Of a stretch of DNA of 64,000 nucleotides, positions 26,029 to 39,110 are shown piece by piece. The notes under the pieces are model-generated. The model saw only the letters and a program-made list of their open reading frames with translations, ran no database searches and had not been told where the DNA came from. This stretch comes from Octopus vulgaris (lineage: Eukaryota): assembly GCA_951406725.2 (NCBI GenBank), contig OX597819.1, positions 30,504,001 through 30,568,000 of the forward strand, read 5' to 3'. Position numbers and translations under genes: made by a program. Positions within the stretch are counted from its first letter, which is position 1. Every line of letters begins with the position of its first letter.

Positions 26029-26629
26029 AGATTGATTAAAATAAATTGTATCGTTGACCTTACACGCTGTTACAAAGACAGTCATGACAGAAATTGCAAC
26101 CCACTTCCTTTAAAAAGCTTGCACAGTTTAAAAAACGATACGAAACAACCGAAGAAGCAAAGAAAGGGTACATTGATTTATGGAGTCCCTGATATATGAA
26201 ATGAAAGGATGTTTACGCCTGGAACGCTTTCGATTATAAGTCAAAGAAGACCTATAGTTAAAATATCGTTGTTACTGCATAGTCCCGAGTTTGCTATAGT
26301 ATGACAAACGTTAGGCAAAACAACATCAGTAACAGCATCATCTGGTTCTCGAGCATTCTCTCGCAAGGATTCGAACCAAGCATGCCCTAATTCCTTTTTC
26401 GCTGGCGTATTCCTGCAGATATTGTGTAACACATGTTGAAACTGCACATCTGCTGTATGACTTAACGTCGATATTCGTTGAAGTCAGTCAGGCGATGGAG
26501 GATCCATAGCACCACCTGGCTAAGATTAACATCAAATACCCATTTCCTTCTCGAAGCAGATCTTTGCTAGATAGATTATTTTAACGAACGTTTGTTTAAC
26601 AAAAGACGTAATGAACCCCAACACGCACG

Positions 26630-26726
<97 letters not shown>

Positions 26727-27288
26727 GCGGATAGAAGTAGGCATATATTTGCTTAATATGAGTGGAATCTTCTTTTCATTTCTTTATTTCTCTTTTAGGA
26801 TAGTAATTCTAAGATTCTCGTACGTTCTTTTTAACTAATTATTTCTATAACAAAATAACTATTCGTAATTTCAGATATCTATTATATAACCTGGAAATTT
26901 GAACAATGGTGAACAAAAGTGGATCATTAAGAAGTATTAGAAAACAGAGGCTGCAGAAATAGTTAGACCAGTTCCGAAACGAATAACAGCTTACACCATA
27001 CGTGACAAATCTGACCAGAATGGGTCCGTCTGCATTGCACAAAAAGTAGTCGAGCAGTCAGTGTTACCACTGAAGAAAACGGAATGCTTGTGGCTTAAGT
27101 ATTCACTCAATGTCCCTAGAAATTAAAAAAAAAAAGTGGACTTCTAATGAACTAGGCATCCCTCGCAGATCCTTTAGCCAACTTATGAATTGCATAGGCT
27201 TAGAAAAGAAATACAGAAGTGAAAAGGACATCCAACTCATATTAAGTAATTGTATACCTAATTTTGCTCATTCCTGTTCATATATATA

Positions 27289-28930
27289 TCTCTTATTATA
27301 AAAGGCAGATTTTATCTGCCTCCCTTTGTCACTTATAGAAATCTACAATATAAGATTTCTTCAATTACAATTTACCTAGCATTTTTAAGAGTAGAATGCA
27401 TCGGGTCATGCCAGGTCCAGTTTTTAAAATTTAAACTCCAATTAAGCAAAATTTACAGAAAACTCACATTCTGGTGTGTATGTCAAATGCTTTTCTTAGT
27501 CTGGTTTACAGCACACGCAAACGCACACACACAGTGTGCAACGAATAAACTGAAAGTAATTCACTTTCTGTAGTGAGTGACTCTTTCACTCTGCCTCCCA
27601 CTTCCTCTTTACACACATAGACACGCAAATATATAAATAAAATTGTAAGCTAACGTGTGAGCTAAAGTGTGTGAGTGTGTGTGTGTGTGTGTGCGTGTGT
27701 GTGTGTGTGAGGGTGCAAGTGTGTGTGTGTGTGTGCGTGTGCGTGAGTGTGTGACAGGAAAGTTTTTTAGGACGAATATAAGACCTATATCCAAGTAGCA
27801 GAAAGATCGCCCAAAAGTGTATATAGATATTTAAATGTATTTATATATTCATCTATACACAGATGTATGTATAATGTGTGTGTATATATTTCTATAGACG
27901 TAACCATTCACTCCGCACAAAGTTTTTTAGGACGAAAATAAGATCTAAAGTTATCTCTAAGAAACAGAAAGATCGCCCAAAAGTGTATATAGATATTTAA
28001 ATGTATTTATATATTCATCTATACACACATGTATGTATAATGTGCGTGTATATATTTCCATAGAGGTAACCATTCAATCCATACAAAGTTTTTTAGGACG
28101 AAAATATTTATATATAAAAGAAAGGTTGGGTGTCTATCTACCCCGATTTAGATTCCTAACTACTCCCACATTTTGCGATGCAGTTTAACCAAAACCGGGT
28201 ATCTTATAGTCGTGATTCATATCGAGCCCTTCTGGGTATTAGCGCGCGTCTACGAGGAGTCTATGATTTTACAAATAATTTACCATCATTTTTTTCCATT
28301 TTAATGCATATTTTTTTAATAAAGGGAAGTAACTCTCAAACTTCACACCAATATGCGTGCTCATATGCGACGTAATATCACATCAGCAGCATTTCCTCAC
28401 ACCCTCCTTGCACTTGGCGAAGGCAAAATACCAGGGGATGAAAATGGTAATATTGCCTTCGATTCCATTTGTACCATTGTTAAGACGCCTTCTGATCTCA
28501 GAGATGCAGTGTTCCCAGATCTACAAGCTAATTATCAGAATATGGATTGGATTGGCAAATAGGCTATACTGGCCCCGAGGAATAAAACTGTTCACCATAT
28601 TAATGATGAAATGTTAAAACTCATTCCTGGGGAAGTCTACAACTCCTGACCCAGAGGACGTCATCAACTATCCAATAGAGGTACTCAATTCCTTTGAGCA
28701 CCCCGGACTACCACCACACTTTCTCAAACTTAAAGTTGGTGCCCCTATAATGCTCATCAGAAATTTGGTTCCCCCAAAACAATGCAATGGCACACGTTTG
28801 ATCGTTAAGTCCTTATCTCCCACCGTAAACTTATATCAATATTTGCCTGAATAATCATCATAATTCAGTGCAATCATTAACAGTACTTTCAAGCAATTCA
28901 GCCCCGAGCAACGCCGGGCAATTCTGCTAG
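27289..28930 (+). mobile_element. Compound Helitron with helicase remnant
   Basis: A|TC 5' end, a second 5'-type segment at about 28110 (similar to 19921), an internal ~160-bp tandem duplication (27770-28100), 3' hairpin CCCGAGCAACGCCGGG and CTAG|T. Confidence 0.9.
28353..28830 (+). pseudogene. Helitron RepHel PIF1-helicase fragment
   Basis: DAVFPDL...AILAPRNKTV...YPIEVLNS...GLPPHFLKLKVGAPIMLIRNL...CNGTRLIV, with a stop and frameshift. Confidence 0.9.
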
Positions 28931-29147
28931 TATATATATAAATGGAACAAAAACGCAATAGAGTACAATAAAACATTCGGACAAATAGATGATACAAGGC
29001 GGACAAAAGAAACAACAATTAGAAGAGCAGGCGAAGAAAAGACGGGTCATTCGTAGCCTTCTTTCCTCAATGAAGTTCCGGAAGTCACGACCGTTTCGGG
29101 CAGTTATATGCCATAATTTCTGGTGTGTTTACAAATATTATACGTAG

Positions 29148-29229
<82 letters not shown>

Positions 29230-29307
29230 ATAATAAAGTGATTGTTTCTTATCAGGAACAAAATGTTTAATAGGACTGCGATAGAAGTGCTCAATTAAAT
29301 GAGTCAA

Positions 29308-29655
29308 ATATATTAAACTGTGGTTGCAGAACAAACAAATATAAGGTCATCTACGTAACATTTCATATCTCGAACACTTAATCACATAATGCTTTTTCTT
29401 TCACATAAAATATACACGCATAAAGTCACGGAAGATGAAACACAACTCATCAATACAAGCATATAAGAAAAATATAGGGAAAAATGTGTGAATACAGTCC
29501 ATCGCGGTTAAGAGTTAATGATTAATACTTTCCGTGACTTTATGCATGTATATTCTATGTGAAAGAAAAAGCATTATGTGATTAAATGTTCGAAATCTGA
29601 AATGTTACGTGGATGACCTTATATTTGTTTGTTCTGCAACCATAGTTTAATATAT
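29308..29655. repeat. ~125-bp inverted repeat with ~95-bp spacer
   Basis: 29308-29433 versus 29529-29655, with a few mismatches; embedded between (TA)n tracts. Confidence 0.9.
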
Positions 29656-29664
29656 ATATGTATC

Positions 29665-29726
<62 letters not shown>

Positions 29727-30348
29727 TACATACATACATACATATATATATATACATGCAAATATATATGTGTATACATACAAACATACATACACACACA
29801 CACATCTGCATTCCTACACACGTATGTATATATATATTTATATACACACGCACATCATCAGAAAATACATTACTGGTTATGCCATCTAGATGATCAGAAT
29901 GTTATTATTAGTTTCACATCGAATACAATTAGACAATATTGATGTCTCTGCATGTATGCTGACCAGAAGTATATAGCCTCTTTACACATATATCTGTATA
30001 TACATGGACACAACAATCATTTAATACTAATTTGTACACATGTGCCCACTCGTACGTGCACCCCCCACACACACACATACACATACACATACACACATAC
30101 ACAAACAACACACTTGTACATATACGCCCATGTTTAAGTACGTACATAAAAGCGGATATCCAGAAGTTGATATATAATGTTTTAAATATTTTGAATAGGA
30201 AATGCTGATTGAATAAGTATGTCATTGAAAATATCTTATCTCACTCACAGATAGCTAACTTCACGAATATTATTTTTCATAATCACATGCTTATATCCAG
30301 TGATTTTTTTTATACTTCCTGCATTAAACGCGTAAATATTAACTAATA

Positions 30349-30696
30349 CTAGCACTATGACCCGTCGTTGCGGGGTCATGCATATACAGCTGTGTGCATG
30401 CACACATACACGCGAGTACTGTCCAAATCTCCGACCAATCACATACAGCTAGCTGGCATTCAATTGGCGTATCAAATTTCGGGGCATTTAGACTGGGTTT
30501 TGGATAGAAAATTCACAATAAGTCACTTCTATTGATTTTTAATGCCTTTGCGGGGTGACTGGGGAAATGTAACGATGTGCACGACCATCCTTGGACGGTT
30601 TTGAATGACCATAGAAAGTGCGAGCCCTCTAACTGAAAAATTGTGGATTTGCATAAAGGACACACACAGATATTTTGCCGTTTATATATAGGGAGA
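30349..30696 (-). mobile_element. Non-autonomous Helitron
   Basis: 5' TCTCCCTATATATAAACGGCAAAA; 3' hairpin ATGACCCCGCAACGACGGGTCAT then CTAG. Confidence 0.85.
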
Positions 30697-31092
30697 CTAG
30701 CAGTATCGCCCGGCGTTGCTCGGGTTTGTAAGGGAAATAACTATATAAGCATTTTTAGAGAGTTATAGCCAAAAAATAGCAAAAAAATGCATTAAAAATT
30801 GAAAAAAAATTAAGGTAAATTTTTTTTTTAAATCGTTGACACATCGTAGATATTTTTAGAGAGTTACTTCCCTTATATAAAAGCGAAAAAATGCATTAAA
30901 ATGGAAAAATATGATGGTAAATTTTTTTTAAATCGTAGACTCATCGTAGACGCGCGCTAATACCCAGAAGGGCTCGATATGAATCACGACTATAAGATAC
31001 CCGCTTTTGGTTAAACTGCACCGCAAAACGTGGGAGTAGTTACGAATCTAAATCGAAGGGGACAGACACACAACTTCACTCTTATATAAAGA
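30697..31092 (-). mobile_element. Non-autonomous Helitron (same family as 19921)
   Basis: Its 3' CTAG directly abuts the TC of the next Helitron; same 3' hairpin as 20558 and 28930. Confidence 0.9.
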
Positions 31093-31464
31093 TGGGTTTT
31101 TTTTTTCAGTCATAGAGTTAGATTTATGAAGGTCTTCAGTAGAAAATCCTTCGAATTCTGACTCGCTGCTTGATATAATGAAATTCGTATCCATTTTTTG
31201 TCAGAATTACAAATTTTGAAAACACAATAGGAACAAATTTCGGAAAAAAATCTCCCATAATTCACGGAATTAAAATTACACTTCGATTTTTGTACAAAAC
31301 TGTATTTGAAGTGTTTACGAAGTATAATACGTGTTTTCACGAATGTACTAAAGAGATTTACTCTGATATTCTCATTTAAATATGAATAGGTAAATTCGGG
31401 CGGTTTGGTAACGAAAGGGTTTATATAAGTGTCGTCTGTTTATACATAAACATTGTTTCATACT

Positions 31465-31874
31465 TTCAGTTTAGTCTTGCTCAAATCACTCTGTCGCTAA
31501 TTTACTCTCTTCCAAGAATATTTTCACTCACTGTTATCTGTTAGCTTCCCATACATTTTACTCATGTATCTATCAGCGTGATAGACAGAAACAAATATTA
31601 CATTTACTTTCATTTTATTCGTCGCACACTGTGTGTGTGCGTTTGCGTGTGGTGTAAACCAGACTAAGAAAAGCATTTGACACACACACCAGAATGTGAG
31701 TTTTCTGTAAATTTTGCTTAATTGGAGTTTAAATTTTAAAAACTGGACCTGGCATGACGCGATGCATTGTACTCTCAAAAATGCTAGGTAAATTGTAATT
31801 GAAGAAATCCTATATTGTAGATTTGTATAACTCCCAAAGGGAGGCAGATAAAATCTGCCTTTTATAATAAGAGA
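31465..31874 (-). mobile_element. Helitron 5' segment (same family as 18742 and 27289)
   Basis: Reverse complement near-identical to 18742-19130; may continue to 31093 as one compound element. Confidence 0.8.
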
Positions 31875-32643
31875 TTAAAGCTGCGTGTTAGCAGACTCGT
31901 CATCGAGCCGAACAAAATGCTTGATGGCATTTCTTCTTACTTTACGTTCTTGTATTTACTTAACGATTTTCTCATTACTATTTCGGCTTGTATAGGCTAT
32001 GCTTCACTGATGAGATCAGAATAAGATTGAAGCTATACCCATAGTTGTCTCCCAATCTTGCCGAAATGATTAGTAAAATATAACGATTATATTTAGCTAA
32101 TAAATAATTAATTCAAATACTCGAACATTTAATTAATACACATCACATAATTATTTCTAGTTAGTTTTTTTATGCCAACTGTATTTTCTATATATGGCTA
32201 TCAGCTGGCAACTTAAAGAAGCGGAGAATTTCAATCACTATCATTCAGCCTGATAGTGAGTGCAGCTAAATATCTCTCGAATCACATGCAACCACCAATT
32301 TCAAAAGGAAAGACGTATTAGATAATATAGTTGTCATTGAAAAAAAAAAGATGCTTTGCCAGGTCTAGAATGCTTTTGATCGCAGAACTGCTCAATCAGA
32401 GCTTCCCTGAGACAAAATAACAAGAACAACACATAACAGTCCAGAAATTAACGTGTAGCGACGCTTCTGCCTATATTCGAACCATCTTGCTCTGATTCCC
32501 AGTTTCGAAATATGGCTTAATTATATTCTGCTACGTCTTACCTGTCGCTACACTGCCGGTAAAATATTTGTTAATTATGCACATATCTTCTTTTAATAGT
32601 AGCCTGTTATATAAAATTTCGTTAGTTACTCTAGTGACAACAC

Positions 32644-32738
<95 letters not shown>

Positions 32739-32765
32739 GTCGATCTATTTATCTAACAATCTATC

Positions 32766-32809
<44 letters not shown>

Positions 32810-32942
32810 TCTTCTCTCTCTCTCTCTCTTACCCTCACTGTATTTCTCTCTCAACAACAACGGTCTATTTTTTTCTTGAAACAAATTTTAATTCTATCTT
32901 TCGCACACTCACACACACACACACACACACACACTCTCTCTC

Positions 32943-32976
<34 letters not shown>

Positions 32977-33215
32977 AATAACGACAACAACAATCTGTCA
33001 TCATAGTGAAAGTCTTTTTTAAAGTCTGTGTTGCGTTGTTTCTATGTTGAAAGATATACAAGAACACACAGACACACGCACAAATAACCAAAAACATAAT
33101 TATCTATATTGTTTTAAAGTGAAGCCCTTTTAGTTTTTGAAACTGTGTTGCGCTGTGTTGACAAACTTGCACCTAACATTTTAAATCAAAACTTGATAGT
33201 ATAATGGTGACAACA

Positions 33216-33247
<32 letters not shown>

Positions 33248-33248
33248 A

Positions 33249-33295
<47 letters not shown>

Positions 33296-33382
33296 ATCGC
33301 TATCTCACTGTATTTCTCTCTAAGCAACAACTTTTTCTTTTGTCCTTCTTCCCTGCTTGTAAATATACATTGTGACAGGATT

Positions 33383-34128
33383 ATCCCCATTTCCCCCCTT
33401 TTCTTCCCCTTCTTCACATATATTGTAACAGACAGACAAACAGACGGTAATCAGCTTCTCTTTTATGATATCAGATTAAAGCTTTTGACCAGCTTCGTGT
33501 ACTTAACTATATCACCATAAAATGAGTGAACACTTATGTGTGTGTTCCTCGACCAGCCAACACCAGTTGGCACGAAACAAAGGCAGTAAATTTAAACGAA
33601 AAGTTATGTGAACTCCCGCCAAATTATATTTTCAAATACTCGAAGCTTTGGTCAGACTTATAAGAAGTTGGAATATTGAACCCCTAAATAGAGTCGCCTG
33701 AGGTGCTACATGAAACTATGGTGCTCAGTTTCATGAAAAATGCTTTTCTACTTGATCTGCATAATAGGATTGGTATGCAATTTTCGACAAAAGATAATTA
33801 ACCTTGTGTTGTTATATACTGGCATGCATGCAATTGTCATTCCACATGATTACTTGCCTTATTCTGGTTATAGAAATTATTAATAATTATCACTTAACAC
33901 TTTTAACTATAATATTATTCCTATTTCGCACAATGTTAGCCTTCAAATATCACACATACTATAAAGCGTACGTTTTTCAATACTATTAATTCATTCATTT
34001 TATGGTGATATAGTTATGTACACGAAGCTGGTCAAAAGTTTTAATCTTATATCATAAAAGAGAAGCTGATTACCGTCTGTCTGTTACACTATATGTGAAG
34101 AAGGGGAAGACAAGGGTAAAATGGGGAT
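33383..34128. mobile_element. Long-TIR non-autonomous DNA element (~145-bp arms)
   Basis: 33383-33530 is the imperfect reverse complement of 33991-34128; termini ATCCCCATTT / AAATGGGGAT. Confidence 0.8.
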
Positions 34129-34149
34129 GTTTTGTATTTCAAAACATTT

Positions 34150-34448
34150 GTGGAGGCACATGGCCTAGTGGTTAGAGCAGCGAACTCGCGGTCGAGGGAT
34201 CGCGGGTTCAAATCTCAGACCGGGCGATGTGTGTTTATAAGCGAAACACCTAAGCTCCACGCGGCTCCAGCAGAAGGTAATGGCGAAACTTCTGCTGACT
34301 CTTTCGCCACAACTTTCTCTCACTCTTTCCTCCTGCATCTTGCAGCTCACCTGCGACGGACCGGCGTCCCGTCCAGGTGGGGAACCTATACGCCAAGAAA
34401 CCGGGAAACCGGCCCTTATGAGCCAGGCACGGCTCCAGAAGGAACAAC
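34150..34448 (+). mobile_element. tRNA-derived SINE (family C), intact
   Basis: A-box TGGCCTAGTGG, B-box GGTTCAAATCT; TSD TATTTCAAAA(C/T)ATTT. Confidence 0.92.
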
Positions 34449-34579
34449 TATTTCAAAATATTTATTGTTAGGTCATTCGCTTTTTGTTTATAGTAAGAAC
34501 ACGAAATCAGTTATAAATTTGAAATGAAATTATCCTTCATATGTTGCTGATTTCATATTGAAAATTTGATCTCTCTATC

Positions 34580-34645
<66 letters not shown>

Positions 34646-34879
34646 TCTTTTCACTTAATGTGATTCACCTGTAAATCAAATATGTACCGTTATTTCGGTT
34701 CATTGAGATCTAACCACCAATCCATGGTACTTGAACAATATAGAGATTAACAAAGACAAAAAAAATCAAATTTATACAGTATATCCCTGTATGATTCGTG
34801 AGAGTACCGTTAAACAAAATCTGGTTCGAATCTTAAAACTGGTATCAACTTCTGTCCATTTTCAAGTTAAAAAAATAAA

Positions 34880-35134
34880 TAATAAATGCGCCCTTTTAAA
34901 GCCAAGCCAGGCTCATGGGCCCAGTTTCCCGGTTTCTATGGCGTATGTGTTCCCTAGCTGGACGGGCCGCCAGTCCATCGCAGCGTTACTCATTTTTGCC
35001 AGCTGAGTGAACTGGAGCAACGTGAAATGAAGTGTTTTGCTCAAGAACACAACGCGTCGCCCGGTCCAGGAATCGAAACCACAATCTTACGATCATGATG
35101 CTGACACCCTAACCACTAAGCCACGCGCCTCCAC
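34880..35134 (-). mobile_element. tRNA-derived SINE (family D), intact
   Basis: A and B boxes present; TSD ATTTTCAAGTTA. Confidence 0.9.
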
Positions 35135-35660
35135 ATATTTTCAAGTTATTCGACTGTCAATTCGCCAAGTCCACCTAGTTATACGTAGGGACCGCTAGGT
35201 GATGCATTGGCGGCGGAAACAGGGTCGAATACTTTGTTGGAGTTGTACACTGCTTGAAAAGGGGCAGATTCACTATATGGAAATGATGTCTTCAAAGGTG
35301 TCCTTCGGTGTAAGAGATTTGGGGACTCACTGAGGATGTGTTGATTTTTGTGCTTGATGAGTCATTCTTCATATTCTCGTTTTGTCACCGACAAAAACTA
35401 TTCAACTTTTACTTAGAATCTCGTTAGATTAAATTAAAGTACAGAGATGGAAAACTAAGGCTTGCTGATGTCGAACTTCATACTTCCCGTGTGAAAAGGT
35501 TTCTACTGTTCATTAAGTTATGATGAGCTTATGTCGACAAAATACTCAATACCTATCAAATCAGCGCCAAGTATGTATGTGTTTGTGGATATACGCACAT
35601 ACATACATACATACATACATACATACATACATACATACATACATACATACATACATACAT

Positions 35661-36155
35661 GGTGGCTGCCCCCTCGTTATCGAGTATATCCATTGCACGA
35701 AGCTTAATCAACGTTGTTATCGTGCAATGCCTGTGCAAGAAGAGGTTTTTTTTAAGTGAGGAAAGGCTGTGCACTGAGTCAATCCCACTCACTAAGCAAC
35801 AGCAGCCATAATCCGAAAAGAAGAACAAGTCAACATCATCGGTAACCACTGAGCCGCAGGTTTTATGTCGGAGTTATCTCAGTTACCTGGGTTACCTTCT
35901 CCTAGAAGGATGCCCTAACAAAAGGCTAGGAGTCCTTCACTCCCAATGGTTTAACCGTGCCATCGGGTATTCAGTCCGATTATTTCTGTGTCCCCGCGCA
36001 TGATACATTTATTGGATGGCCGTTGACTCTCAAGAGTTCCTCCGCCCTTTGACGGGTTTTGTTTTTCATCCCGCGGGGTGTCCAATAAACACTCTCCTTA
36101 CCAAGCAAGCTTGGTGGGGTAGCTGGTTTAGTCGCCGACGACCCGACCATGCAAG
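35661..36155 (-). mobile_element. Non-autonomous RTE-derived element (5' UTR plus 3' tail)
   Basis: RTE-like 5' motif GGGCATCCTTCTAGGAGAAGGTAAC; 3' end TCGATAACGAGGGGGCAGCCACC running into (ATGT)n; no ORF. Confidence 0.65.
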
Positions 36156-37619
36156 AATACATACATACATGCACAAATTATATAGGGTCAATGTTTCAGC
36201 AAGCACTAATTTCTCTTAGGACATTATAGAAGTAAATTGTATTCCCTGGGCTAGATAGAGTTTGGGATAATAATAGCGATAGCAATATTTTAATTCTAAA
36301 TGGTGTACACAAAATCGTAATGTCAATCAAGTGATACATATAGACAGTACTACGGCCAAAACCCATTGTATCTAATTCCACTACGAATTCTTTTTAAAAA
36401 TAAACAAATCACGTTAATGAATACTCGTAGCTTTGAGATAATGTGAATGTTTTTCGTCCAGAAAGCACAGAACTGGTTTATCTTCCAGAAAGCAAAGAAA
36501 TGGAATGAAAATAAAAATAACTAACGTGGATGTCAACAGAGAAAATATTGACTTCCATAAAGGGAAAAAAATAAATAGAAGGAAAAAAATTGGTAAATAT
36601 TTCGGCAAATAGCAGCCAAATATTTCCTTTTCTGGAAATACTTGTGATTTCGATGTCACATTCGTTGAAAGCAAGCAGATACATTGAATGCACCCGAAAA
36701 AAACTGGAAAAATTATTCCACACCGAGGAACGAAATATTTGCCGAAAGAATAAAATCTTGTACAAATTATACCTGTATTTTTATTAGTTCAAATTAATGT
36801 ACCTCATCTTGTAAAGTGGAAAAATTTTTGTATGTTGCCATCTGGGATAATTTTAGCAACAAAACAAACATGTAAGATGCCTTAGGAATTTCAATTTTAG
36901 TGTTTATCCATAATGTTATTGCTTTTATACCTGTTAATTAAACATACCTGCCCATGAAAGTAAAATTTACTCAGCAAGATCAACTAAAATTATATAACTA
37001 TAAACCTGTGGTATATAAAGCATCCACTGACAAAATTCCAAATCTGTATGTAAAAAATTTACAAAGTTACAAGCAAATATTGTGGACACTCCTCTTGAGT
37101 CTGAATAATTCAAAATAACGTGGACAAATAAGCATTACATTTGACAGATTATTATGAACACTAAAGATATTTTTAGGTGTTCTTTTCGTATACACACACA
37201 CACATAACACGGCCTCGCTCGGTTGAGACTAGACGTGTGTTACTTGGACATCATCATTCCATAAAATCTGTTTACGGGGAGAAAAATATTGAAAAATATC
37301 AATAGATGTGTGAGTAAGAAAGAACCGAGAGGGAAGGTTTTGAAATGTGCTAGAAACAACAACCAGATCTCCCTTAAATCATACATTTCCCCCTGAAACT
37401 ATTAACAATATTTTTTTAAACTGAAAATGTTTCTCTCACAGGTTTTAAGTGCGTAGTGAAAAACAGAATCGCCAAAATCGTTTCGGACTGGGGGTGGTGA
37501 GGGAATGGCGGGAGTGAAAAAAATAAAATTTCGATTTTATTATTATTATTATTTTTTTTTTCGTGAAAAGCTGCCTCCCATCATACTGAAAACTTTGGTG
37601 AAATTTCAAAAGAGTGAGA

Positions 37620-38740
37620 TGTGATCATTTTCAAGCACTGGAGGTGGTTTGTGCTCCCACCAGTTTTTATCATGGGGCAAGTCCAGGTTTTTGCAAATTA
37701 CCCAGTGAAAATATCATGCAGCTCTATCATGTGTGTTGAGATACTGTGTAGGCGCAAGTAGACTGCACTTGGAGACAGCATTATCAATGGTTTCATTTTG
37801 TTGTTGACATACACGACATGTTGGGAAGCTACCGTTCTTTAATATGTTGGTCTGGTAGTTCCTTGTAGGTAGGCATTGATCTTGGGCTGCTATGATAAAC
37901 CCTTCTGTTTCAGATTTTAAGCCAGAGGCTTTGTCAACATCGGCATTAGCTCTCTTTGGGTAATTGTCATTGAGAGGTTTTTCTTGCCATTTATCAGTCA
38001 GAATATCTAAGGCAGCAGTTTTAGCACGGGTTTTCATGCACTTAGCTTTTTCTACGCTTGTTTCTCGTATGTCTAATTCCGGAATTTGTTGTATTTGGAA
38101 TTTACTTAGATATTCCTTTGCCTTTTTTGTTACTGAGTATGACGCTTTCTAGTTTTCATGTTTGAGACAAGTTTTAACATCTAGTCCTCGAAATTTTTCA
38201 GGTAGGTGTCTAGGCCAATTGTGACAATCTTCATTGTTAATGCCAGTTGTAAAAGTCCACGGCCACTCTCTTTTTTTTTCATGGCAGATAAAGTCGTTCT
38301 ATATCTGCCTAAGGATGGTGCATTCTATGCATTGTCAACAGCTTTTATATTTTTCAGTCAAGATTACATATTTCAGTAATTGACCAGTTAATGATATTGA
38401 AACTGTAAGTCATGACTGGTATGGCTAAAGCATTGATCGCTTCGATCCTGTTTCTTGCATTCAGCTCTCTCTTGAGTATTGCTCTCATCTTGCGATAACA
38501 TTCTCTCCTGATCCTTTCCTTCATCACTGAATGCCTGATTCTGTCCCCTTCACGTACCCCTAGGTATTTGTAGCTCTCCGCTGGGTCTAACACTTTTATG
38601 CCATTCTGCTGATCAAGGTTAACGTTAGATGCTTCTGTCATTTTTCTGTTGATAAAGGTAGCTTTTGCACATTTATCGATCCAAATTGCATTCTGATATC
38701 ATCACTGAATTGTTTAACAATCGCTAGTAAGCGATTCTGC
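37620..38740 (-). mobile_element. R4/Dong-clade (REL endonuclease) LINE fragment
   Basis: YKYLGV..ELNARNRIEAINALAIPVMTYSF and ETEGFIIAAQDQ..CRVCQQQNETIDNAVSKC (RT thumb plus zinc knuckle); multiple frameshifts. Confidence 0.88.
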
Positions 38741-39110
38741 AGTTACTTGTATTTCTTTTCATTACATGTCTTTGTTAATTTCTGATGGGAAGGTTTTGAT
38801 CTTTTGCTGCAATTAAAAATCCTTCAGTCTCTGCTTCTTATGTCTCTGAGCGTGATATAAGCAGTAGCATCACGACATCGTGAAGTAAATTTCCCACCTA
38901 AATGTGGCTGACCCATCTGGGACGATACTACTGTAGTTTATAGTCCCAGGAAGACATCTTTTCCAGTTGGTTAATGGTACACTATCTATGCCCTATCAGT
39001 ATTTGCAAAGGGAAATCATCGTTCCCATCTCTAGCCTGACATGATACACACGGACCCTGGTTTCTGAGTAGTAACCCGTCAACAGCGCGTGGCAGTCACC
39101 GGCCAGGGAT

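Noticed and set aside
31990-32040. CTGATGA-GATC..GATT-GAAG hammerhead-like motif
   Set aside because: GAAG instead of GAAA, and stems I/III cannot be formed in register.
38980-39105. Possible HDV-like ribozyme starting GGCCGG upstream of the R4 fragment
   Set aside because: No room for P3-L3 and P1' between the candidate P2 and P4 helices.
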